Source of the DNA: Candidatus Nanosynbacter lyticus
Lineage (GTDB): Bacteria > Patescibacteriota > Saccharimonadia > Saccharimonadales > Saccharimonadaceae
NCBI RefSeq assembly: GCF_030253515.1
Contig: NZ_CP124549.1
Coordinates: 30,001 to 62,000 of the forward strand
Length of the DNA stretch: 32,000 nt
Direction of reading: 5' to 3'
Below are positions 1-7,295 of this stretch, one piece after another. The position numbers and the translations under genes are program-made. The notes under the pieces are model-generated. The model ran no database searches and had not been told where the DNA came from. It saw only the letters and a program-made list of their open reading frames with translations. Positions within the stretch are counted from its first letter, which is position 1. Every line of letters starts with the position of its first letter.

Positions 1-7
1 GGGGGTG

Positions 8-931
8 TTAACGCAGCGCTTGGTAGGCGCGGTACAGCCAGTAGCGGCTGCGCTGTAATGGCAAATCCCAAGCCCCAGCAAAAGTAACGTCGTGCCCGCC
101 AAATGAGCGTTTGAACTTGGTGAAGCCGGCCCAAGGATGGTTCTTGTCGGCACCGTCGGGGGCGATGCCGTAGAGGTCAGCTTTGGCTAATCCGCGCTGC
201 TGAGCGTCAATGATCGCCTCGGCCAGTAGGGCAGTGCTGGCATTAAGTTTGCGGTGAGCTGGATCTGATGAGGCACCAGCGTGGGCGTAATATAGTGTGT
301 TGCTGCTGTGATAAAACAAGGCGGCGGCGATAGGCTGATTATCAAGCGCGGCGTAATACAGTGTGGCCGCGCCAAGAGGGAAGAGGGTAGCGGCTTGCTG
401 GCGGAAATAACTATCAGAGTGCGGCGTAATGCCACGGTGCCGAGCGACTTGGTGGACGAATTTCAGTAAGATATCAATGTCATGCGGGTCGGTCGAGCGG
501 TGGACAGAGACGCCTTTTTTATGATAATTGCGGTACACATTACGAACCGGCTGCGCCATATAGGCGATCAGCTGGTCTTGCGGCTGGGTCAGGTCGATGA
601 CGTGCGAATGCTCGGGCTGGAGCTTTTGGTAGGTGACCTTTTTCCAGTCGTGAGATTTGAGATGCGTGGTAAAGTTAGGGTTGGTTGGCTCAACGCGCAG
701 GAAAGTGACATGATGTTTTTTGCCAAGCTGAGCTAGAGAGTCAAGAGCTGCTGCTAGCGAATGTTCGTCATCGGCAGTCGGGCCGTACGGGCAGTACAGA
801 CGGGAATTACCGGTGCTGCGCTCCAGGATAGCCAAGTATTCCCAGCCCGGGCCGCTATCGCGAAAGGCGGTGCGCCCGAGTGATTCTTGAAAGGCTTGCC
901 AGGCGGTTGATTGTAAAAAATGTTGATTCAT
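8..931 (-). CDS. FemAB-family peptidoglycan interpeptide-bridge aminoacyltransferase
   Basis: 307-aa ORF with an N-terminal FLQSxxW motif and a C-terminal FTKFKRSFGG motif typical of FemA/FemB/FemX-type transferases. It lies 18 nt downstream of tsaD on the same strand, so probably in one operon. Confidence 0.75.
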   Translation of the reverse strand: MNQHFLQSTAWQAFQESLGRTAFRDSGPGWEYLAILERSTGNSRLYCPYGPTADDEHSLAAALDSLAQLGKKHHVTFLRVEPTNPNFTTHLKSHDWKKVTYQKLQPEHSHVIDLTQPQDQLIAYMAQPVRNVYRNYHKKGVSVHRSTDPHDIDILLKFVHQVARHRGITPHSDSYFRQQAATLFPLGAATLYYAALDNQPIAAALFYHSSNTLYYAHAGASSDPAHRKLNASTALLAEAIIDAQQRGLAKADLYGIAPDGADKNHPWAGFTKFKRSFGGHDVTFAGAWDLPLQRSRYWLYRAYQALR

Positions 932-949
932 GTTGTAATCCTCACAACG

Positions 950-2194
950 TTAGATTGCTGTCATTGATAAACTTGGTTGGACCTCCAGGTCGTACGGGTC
1001 GGCGGGCTGGTCTATGTGGGCGCGGAAATAGCCGAGTGCGGCGATCATGGCGGCGTTGTCGGTGCAGAGCTGGATGGGTGCGTAATCGATGTCGATAGGC
1101 AAGACCTCACGCAGTTGGCGGCGTAATTCTTGATTGGCGGCGACGCCGCCGGCGATGACGACGGAGGCAGGCTGGAAATTGTCATAGGCTTTTTTAGTCT
1201 TATCGACCAGGGTTTTAACGGCGGTGTACTGGAAACTGGCTGCCATATTATGCCTCAGTTCATCGTTTACTAGGGCAGGGAGCTCGTGCGACGGGAAGGT
1301 GAAGTCTTTGCCCACCTCGCGCTGAACAGCTCTCAGAACGGCTGTCTTGAGACCGGAGAAGGAAAAATCGTACTCGCCGGCGAGCTTGGCGATGGGTAAG
1401 TGAAAGGCGCGGGGATCGCCGAGTTCGGCGGCTTTGGCGATGGCGGGGCCACCGGGGTAGGGTAGGCCAATGATTTTAGCGACCTTGTCAAACGCCTCGC
1501 CAACGGCGTCGTCTTGGGTTTGGCCGATGAGCTGGTAGTTGCCGTGATTTTGAAACAGGACGAGCTGCGAATGTCCGCCAGAGACGATGAGGGCGAGGAG
1601 GGGGAAGGTGGGTTGATGATGTGGTAAAGACAGCTCCAAATCGCTAGAATTAACAACGGCTTCCGCACGCCGAGATGCTTTTTCGTCAGATTCTTTGGCG
1701 ACTGCGGGACTCGCTTTACTCAAACAGTCCTCGTCTCGCAAGGAATCTGACAAGCTCGCCTCTCGGGTTTGTGCAGATGTTGTTAATTCCAGCAATTTAG
1801 CATGTTTTGCGCCTCTCTTTCTCTGTTCGGTGATGAAATTAGCATACACATGCGCCTCGACATGGTGTATCTTGTAAAGCGGCTTATCGTGAATGATGGC
1901 GAGGGTGCGGGCGGCGAGAGTGCCGATGAGCAGTGAGCCGATCAGGCCGGGCGCATAGGTGACGGCGACGGCGTCGATATCATCCCAAGTACAATCGGCG
2001 TCAGACAGGGCTTTTTTGATGACAGGGTTAATAACCTCTAGGTGGCTGCGGGCGGCAATTTCCGGGATGACGCCGCCGTATTCAGCGTGGATGTCAATCT
2101 GGGAATTGACCACATTAGAAAGCAAGCGTTCGCCGTCTTCAACGACCGCCGCCGCCGTTTCGTCGCAGCTGGACTCGATTCCCAAAATCCTCAT
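950..2194 (-). CDS. tsaD: tRNA N6-adenosine threonylcarbamoyltransferase TsaD, carrying a roughly 65-aa internal insertion
   Basis: N-terminus is MRILGIESSCDETAAAVV. The HHVEAHVYA metal-binding HxxxH motif and LIVSGGHSQLV are present. At 414 aa it is longer than the usual ~340 aa because of an insert between these two motifs. Confidence 0.9.
   Translation of the reverse strand: MRILGIESSCDETAAAVVEDGERLLSNVVNSQIDIHAEYGGVIPEIAARSHLEVINPVIKKALSDADCTWDDIDAVAVTYAPGLIGSLLIGTLAARTLAIIHDKPLYKIHHVEAHVYANFITEQRKRGAKHAKLLELTTSAQTREASLSDSLRDEDCLSKASPAVAKESDEKASRRAEAVVNSSDLELSLPHHQPTFPLLALIVSGGHSQLVLFQNHGNYQLIGQTQDDAVGEAFDKVAKIIGLPYPGGPAIAKAAELGDPRAFHLPIAKLAGEYDFSFSGLKTAVLRAVQREVGKDFTFPSHELPALVNDELRHNMAASFQYTAVKTLVDKTKKAYDNFQPASVVIAGGVAANQELRRQLREVLPIDIDYAPIQLCTDNAAMIAALGYFRAHIDQPADPYDLEVQPSLSMTAI
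1636..1800. repeat. About 165-nt imperfect palindrome (long hairpin-forming element) inserted in frame in tsaD
   Basis: The left arm ccaaatcgctagaattaacaac (from 1636) matches the reverse complement of the right arm gttgttaattccagcaatttag (ending at 1800) at 19 of 22 positions. Nested inner pairs include gtcagattc (1685-1693) with gaatctgac (1743-1751), plus gcac/ccgag blocks. The length is a multiple of 3. Confidence 0.6.
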
Positions 2195-2234
2195 TTGCTT
2201 TTATTATAGCAAATATAAGTGGTAAAATAGGGAT
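2195..2234. promoter_or_regulatory. Divergent promoter region for tsaD (minus) and murE (plus)
   Basis: On the minus strand, TGCTATAAT (-10 hexamer at 2203-2208) sits 8 nt from the tsaD ATG. On the plus strand, TGGTAAAAT (-10 hexamer at 2223-2228) sits 6 nt from the murE ATG. Neither gene has a Shine-Dalgarno sequence. Confidence 0.4.
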
Positions 2235-3533
2235 ATGAAAGCCATATTGGTGAAGTTTGTGAGGAAGGTGCTGCCGGGCGGGATGCTGCGGCGGTTAGAA
2301 AATGGGTATCGGCGGTTGCGCGTCAAGCTGGTTAGCGCGCGGTATGGCAATCCGTCAAAGCACCTCAGGGTGATCGCGGTGACGGGGACAAATGGCAAGA
2401 CGACAACGTCGTGCTATATCAATGAGATTTTGAAAGAAGCTCATTTCACGACGGCGATGTTTACCACAGCGGTGATCGAGGTGGCGGGCAAGCAAAAACT
2501 CAATGATCTCAATGCTACGGTAGCGAGCACAGCGCGGATGCAGCGGTTTTTCCGCGATGCCAAGCGGGCGAACGCTGACTACGTGGTGCTGGAGGTGACG
2601 AGTCATGCGCTGGATCAGCATAAGCTGGACGGCGTGCCGATCGAGGCGGCGGTGATGACAAATTTGACGCAGGATCACCTGGATTATCACAAGACGATGG
2701 AAGAGTATGCGGCGGCCAAGAGCAAGCTGTTTCAATTGCGCCCGCGATTTATCGTGCTCAACCGTGACGACGAGTGGTATGACTATTTCAATCAGTTTGT
2801 CGCCAGCGAGCAAAAGATGACGTACGGTCGAAGCGTGGAGGCTGAGGCAAAAATTACCCACGTCAAGTTGTACCGCAAGGGCACCGAGGCCGACGTGGTA
2901 CTGGATCATCAGACGCACTTGGAGCTAGCGACGAATCTGCCGGGCGAGTTCAACGTGATGAATATGACGGCTGCGACAACGCTGGCGTATCTGTTGGGTG
3001 TCAAGCTGGAGGATATCCAGGAGGGGGTGGCTAATGTCGAGGCCGTGCCGGGGCGGTTTGAGCGAGCGGTCGAGGGCCTGGGTTATGACGTGATCGTTGA
3101 TTATGCGCATACGCCGGATGCGCTGGAAAAACTGTTGGCGGCGGCCCGTGGTATCACTAAGCAGCGGGTGATCTTGGTGTTCGGGGCGTGCGGCGATCGT
3201 GATCAGGGCAAGCGACCGATTATGGGCGAGATCGCGGCGCGTGGAGCGGATCGGATTTTCCTGACTGACGAGGAAAGCTATAACGAAGATCCGGAGCAAA
3301 TCCGGCGGATGCTAATGGAGGGGATTGAGCGCGGTCGCGGCGACGCGAAAACGACGGAAATTGCCGATCGGCGCCGGGCGATTGAGCGAGCGCTTGGCTG
3401 CGCCAAGAAGGGCGATATGGTGCTGATCACCGGCATGGGCCACGAGCAATATCGGATCGTCAATGGTCAGCGGCTGCCGTGGAATGATGGCCAGGTGGTA
3501 CGCGAGATCGTTGGTCGGGAACGGGCGGCGTGA
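2235..3533 (+). CDS. murE: Mur ligase, MurE-type (UDP-MurNAc-L-Ala-D-Glu:diamino-acid ligase)
   Basis: Contains the VTGTNGKTTT P-loop, DHLDYH, VDYAHTPDALEKL and FGACGDRDQGKRPIMG, all MurE-like. The N-terminal domain is short, about 50 aa before the P-loop. The DNPR position reads DEES. Confidence 0.8.
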   Translation: MKAILVKFVRKVLPGGMLRRLENGYRRLRVKLVSARYGNPSKHLRVIAVTGTNGKTTTSCYINEILKEAHFTTAMFTTAVIEVAGKQKLNDLNATVASTARMQRFFRDAKRANADYVVLEVTSHALDQHKLDGVPIEAAVMTNLTQDHLDYHKTMEEYAAAKSKLFQLRPRFIVLNRDDEWYDYFNQFVASEQKMTYGRSVEAEAKITHVKLYRKGTEADVVLDHQTHLELATNLPGEFNVMNMTAATTLAYLLGVKLEDIQEGVANVEAVPGRFERAVEGLGYDVIVDYAHTPDALEKLLAAARGITKQRVILVFGACGDRDQGKRPIMGEIAARGADRIFLTDEESYNEDPEQIRRMLMEGIERGRGDAKTTEIADRRRAIERALGCAKKGDMVLITGMGHEQYRIVNGQRLPWNDGQVVREIVGRERAA

Positions 3534-3536
3534 GGT

Positions 3537-5693
3537 ATGCGGCTACTATTGGTAACCAGAGGGATTCCCGGCTCTGGTAAGTCGACGTTTCTCGCGGAGC
3601 AGGGGCTTGATACCTATACGTTGTCGCCGGACGCGATACGGTTGATGCTGGCGTCGCCGCAGTTGACGCCTGATGGACAAACGACTATGCCGTCGCGTCA
3701 AGACGCAATGGTGTGGCGGCTTCTACACGAGATGCTGGAGCAGCGGATGACGCGGGGTGAGACGACGGTGGTTGATGCAACGCACACGACGCCAAATTAT
3801 TTCAAGACGTATGGCGAGCTGTGTCGGAAATATCGCTATCGGCTGGTGGTGATTGATTTTGCTGATGTGCCGCTGGCGGTGTGTCAAGAGCGTAATCGAG
3901 AGCGGCCGAGTCATAAGGTGGTGCCGAGTAGCGTCCTTGAGCGTATGCATCGGCGGCTGCAGCAGAGTTCACTGCCAAAATGGGTGACGGTGGTACGGAC
4001 GGCTGAGGAAGTGAATCAACTGCTTACTAATCAGCCAGAGAACGTTGATAGGTATCGGGCGGTTCATCACATCGGCGATGTGCAGGGGTGTTTTGCGCCG
4101 CTGAAGGAATATTTCGAGCGGCATCCGCTTCGGGATGATGAACTGTATATTTTTGTCGGCGACCTATTAGATCGCGGTGCGGAGAATGATGCGGTGATGC
4201 GATTTGTTTGTGACGAGTTACTTGACCGACCAAACGTGCGGTTTGTGGAGGGCAACCACGAGCTATATCTCTGGCAGTGGGCGACTGATCAGCCAGTTAC
4301 GGCGCGGGTATTTAGTGAGCAAACTCAGCCACAGCTGGAGGCGGCGGGCATCGATAAGCGCAAGGTAGCGCGGCTGCTGCGGCGGATGGATCAATATATT
4401 TTGTATCAGTTTCGAGGGCAAACAGTTTTGGTGACGCATGGTGGGCTCAGTACGCTGCCGGAGCAGTTACCATTGGTGGCGACCAGCCAGCTGGTCCATG
4501 GCGTGGGGGCGTATGATGAGGTTGGGGTGGTGGACGATGCATTTATGGCGCAGACTGATGACGCGACGTTTCAGATTCACGGACATCGCAACAGGCAAAA
4601 TTACCCCACGTGCTACAACGAACGTTGCTACAATTTGGAGGGAAGGGTTGAGTTTGGCGGCGAGCTGCGAACAGTGCGGCTGGACGAGAACGGCATGACG
4701 CCAATCACTATTCAAAACCAACGAGCAGCAGCGCGGCTATATCCAGAGCACGCGGCGTTCCTAAGCCAGCTACGGCAGAATCGCTACATTCGTGAGTCGA
4801 TCCTGCCGGGTGATATCAGCTCGTTTAATTTCAAGCCCGAGGCATTTTATCGCCAGGCATGGACGACGCAAACGATGCGGGCGCGCGGACTGTTTCTCAA
4901 TACGCTGACGAACGAGATTGTGATTCGGGCCTACGATAAGTTTTTTAACATTGGCGAGCGGCGCGATACTGAACTAGCGGCGCTGGAGCAGACGATGGTC
5001 TTTCCGGTGCGGGCGTGGGTGAAGGAGAATGGCTTTTTAGGATTGGTCGGGTATGATTCGGCGGCGGGCGGGCTGGTGATCGCATCAAAGTCGACGACCG
5101 AGGGTGACTATGCGGCGGCCTTTCGGCAAGAATTTTTGGAGCAATTTCGAGACAAACTGCCATACGTCACTGATTATCTGCGCAGTCATAATGCGTGCCT
5201 GTTGTTTGAGGTGGTGTTGCCGCGATTTGATCCGCATATTATCGCCTATGAGTCGGATCAGCTGGTGCTGCTCGATATCGTCAAGCGGCAGGTTGCATAC
5301 GGGGCGGTCGACCGGCAGGAGCGGGAGCGATTTGCGCGCGAGATCGGGACGAACAGCAAGCGTCTGGCGGCGGAGTTTTCATCATGGGCAGAGTTTATGA
5401 CGTGGTTTGGCCAGCTTCACGGCATGGCGTATCGGTGGCGGGGCGAGTGGATTGAGGGTTTTGTAATTGAAGATTCTGGTGGCCATCAGGTTAAGGTCAA
5501 GCTTGATTATTATACCTTTTGGCGGCAGATGCGGACGGCACTGGCGGCGCTGCAGGCTGGTCGGCAGCCATCAACGAGGCCCGACTGCCCTGACCCGGCG
5601 TTGGCAGCGCGGGTAATTGCATATATGCGGCAGTTGCCCGCCGAGGAATTAGCGCGGATGGACATTATCGCGCTGCGGCGACGGTTTGAGTAG
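3537..5693 (+). CDS. Three-domain polynucleotide kinase / metallophosphatase / ATP-dependent RNA-ligase-like protein (bacterial Pnkp-type RNA repair enzyme)
   Basis: Residues 1-165 form a P-loop kinase (GIPGSGKST). Residues ~175-360 form a calcineurin-like phosphoesterase (GDVQG, GDLLDRG, GNHE, VTHGG, HGH). Residues ~440-718 form a nucleotidyltransferase with VKENGF (KxNG motif I), EGFVIED (motif IV) and VKVKL (motif V). The start lies 3 nt after the murE stop. Confidence 0.7.
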   Translation: MRLLLVTRGIPGSGKSTFLAEQGLDTYTLSPDAIRLMLASPQLTPDGQTTMPSRQDAMVWRLLHEMLEQRMTRGETTVVDATHTTPNYFKTYGELCRKYRYRLVVIDFADVPLAVCQERNRERPSHKVVPSSVLERMHRRLQQSSLPKWVTVVRTAEEVNQLLTNQPENVDRYRAVHHIGDVQGCFAPLKEYFERHPLRDDELYIFVGDLLDRGAENDAVMRFVCDELLDRPNVRFVEGNHELYLWQWATDQPVTARVFSEQTQPQLEAAGIDKRKVARLLRRMDQYILYQFRGQTVLVTHGGLSTLPEQLPLVATSQLVHGVGAYDEVGVVDDAFMAQTDDATFQIHGHRNRQNYPTCYNERCYNLEGRVEFGGELRTVRLDENGMTPITIQNQRAAARLYPEHAAFLSQLRQNRYIRESILPGDISSFNFKPEAFYRQAWTTQTMRARGLFLNTLTNEIVIRAYDKFFNIGERRDTELAALEQTMVFPVRAWVKENGFLGLVGYDSAAGGLVIASKSTTEGDYAAAFRQEFLEQFRDKLPYVTDYLRSHNACLLFEVVLPRFDPHIIAYESDQLVLLDIVKRQVAYGAVDRQERERFAREIGTNSKRLAAEFSSWAEFMTWFGQLHGMAYRWRGEWIEGFVIEDSGGHQVKVKLDYYTFWRQMRTALAALQAGRQPSTRPDCPDPALAARVIAYMRQLPAEELARMDIIALRRRFE

Positions 5694-5709
5694 GCGAGAG
5701 GTTGGTTTC

Positions 5710-5738
5710 TTGTTCTACGCAGGGCGGTCTGGTACAAT
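5710..5738 (+). promoter_or_regulatory. Sigma-70-like promoter for the SGNH-hydrolase locus
   Basis: TTGTTC (5710-5715), a 17-nt spacer, then TACAAT (5733-5738). A GGAGGGGG Shine-Dalgarno sequence lies just before the ATG at 5769. Confidence 0.45.
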
Positions 5739-5768
5739 TTTGACATAAGCATAACGGAGGGGGCGCTT

Positions 5769-7295
5769 ATGTGGAAACTTATTATTAGTGTTATTGGGGC
5801 TACGTTAGCGGTGTGCATCGCGGTGCCGGCGACGGCTGGAGCGACTTCTGGGTATGATGATATCATCAACAAGGTTTCAACGAAAACATTGATCCATCAC
5901 ATCGATAATTATTCGGGTAAAACCTGCGGAAGTCCTGATGACGATTACGCGAAGAAGTGGCTGTTTGCCTTTAAGCAAAAGAGATATTATTCAGGTGACC
6001 CCAGAGACCACCAGGCGGCGGTAGAAAGTTTAGAACGCGCTATGTCGTCGCCAAAGGGTGCGTACGCGGTTGTTTATGAGCAGAATAATAAACATAACGA
6101 CACGTCAAACCCATCGTTCATAAAAGTTTTTTGGACAGAGGACGGTAAGGATGATTATACGTATCGTTTTTATAAAAATCATCAAATAAGCGGGATTTAT
6201 CTTACGAGGAAGGAGGGTAGTCAGTCGAAACTTTATGTGGCTACCGTTGCCAGCCCTAAGTTGATTTTAGGAGGTGGTAATGGTAGTAATTGTGACCCTG
6301 AATACTTGTGGGGATATAAACATTCGCAGGCTTTTGTATCTGATCTGAATATATCTGTAGGATCAAATAAAAAACTCTTCACGTCTACGTTTTCTGTTGA
6401 CTATCCGAGCGGCTATGCAGGCCCCAAGTTTCCGGACAATCGCTCAGCGATCGGATGGTGGCCAGACTCGTCTCAATATGATGATTTTACAGACAAAATA
6501 ACAGTAAAAAAATTAATAAATTACATAAATTATCACAAGAAATTTTGTGCACCATCAGACTATTCTAACAGTTGGTTTACAGCGTTTAAGTATCCCAATA
6601 TTCCTGACAATCATAAGTATCATAAAAGTTATATGGCAAGTCTTGAACGGGCGATGGCGACGGGAGCGTATGCTGTTGCTTATGAACAAACGACGGTTAA
6701 TGGTAAAACAGTAAACCCCTATTTCATAACGGTATTTTGGTCAGAAAATAGCAATGACTTTCATATTAAGTTTTACGGTGATGCTCCGTACAGAGTTGCT
6801 ACCATTACACATAAGTGGGGCAGCAGTGCAAAGTTGTACGGTATGATCGCAGGTAGCACTGGACCGCTCTGGGGACGTGGCGGTTGTGAAGTTGAGTTTT
6901 TGCAGGGAAATTATCTAAATGGCTATATACCTACTGCTCGGTTTAACGAGTCGTATATACCGTTGAGCGGTGGCAATAATATGAAAATCTTCACCTCAAC
7001 CTTTGACGTCGAATATCCAGACGGCTATAAGGGTAAGCCGATTCCTGGCGATCGACGCAATATCAAGTATCTCGCCCTTGGCGACTCCTTCTCCAGCGGC
7101 GAGGGTGATACTGACAAAAATCCGGCGACTGACCGAAAGTATTATCGCCAGTGGACGGATGTGAAAGAAGATAAGGCGAAGGGTGCACCGAAGGAAAAGT
7201 GTCATATCAGTACGCGTTCGTATCCGTACAAGCTGGCGAATTGGATGGGGCTGGGTAAGCGGCCCGTCGGCGGCGTGGGCGTCGGTTGCGTGTAG
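5769..7295 (+). CDS. Secreted protein with signal peptide, two tandem ~195-aa unknown domains and the start of an SGNH/GDSL hydrolase domain (N-terminal part of a frameshifted gene)
   Basis: N-terminal signal peptide is MWKLIISVIGATLAVCIAVPATAGA. Internal repeats cover aa 29-225 and aa 237-430. GDSL block I (LALGDSFSSGEG, GDS at 7080-7088) is present, and the frame ends 70 codons later. Confidence 0.7.
   Translation: MWKLIISVIGATLAVCIAVPATAGATSGYDDIINKVSTKTLIHHIDNYSGKTCGSPDDDYAKKWLFAFKQKRYYSGDPRDHQAAVESLERAMSSPKGAYAVVYEQNNKHNDTSNPSFIKVFWTEDGKDDYTYRFYKNHQISGIYLTRKEGSQSKLYVATVASPKLILGGGNGSNCDPEYLWGYKHSQAFVSDLNISVGSNKKLFTSTFSVDYPSGYAGPKFPDNRSAIGWWPDSSQYDDFTDKITVKKLINYINYHKKFCAPSDYSNSWFTAFKYPNIPDNHKYHKSYMASLERAMATGAYAVAYEQTTVNGKTVNPYFITVFWSENSNDFHIKFYGDAPYRVATITHKWGSSAKLYGMIAGSTGPLWGRGGCEVEFLQGNYLNGYIPTARFNESYIPLSGGNNMKIFTSTFDVEYPDGYKGKPIPGDRRNIKYLALGDSFSSGEGDTDKNPATDRKYYRQWTDVKEDKAKGAPKEKCHISTRSYPYKLANWMGLGKRPVGGVGVGCV

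Noticed and set aside
1695-1877. 60-aa plus-strand ORF antisense to tsaD
   Set aside because: It lies within and next to the palindromic insert. An open antisense frame is an expected by-product of the palindrome, and there is no start context.
2235-5693. murE and the Pnkp-like ORF share a frame and are separated only by TGA GGT, so they might be a fusion or readthrough protein
   Set aside because: MurE ends at its normal C-terminus. The next ORF begins with its own ATG directly at a complete P-loop kinase domain. The same frame is expected by chance one time in three. I treat this as simple operon coupling.
7183-7295. Programmed +1 ribosomal frameshift in the hydrolase gene
   Set aside because: There is no recognisable shifty site of the prfB type (CUU UGA with an upstream Shine-Dalgarno sequence) and no slippery heptamer or stimulatory structure. 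The motif-based junction near 7257 lies about 35 nt before the 0-frame stop. A mutation or a sequencing indel is the simpler explanation.
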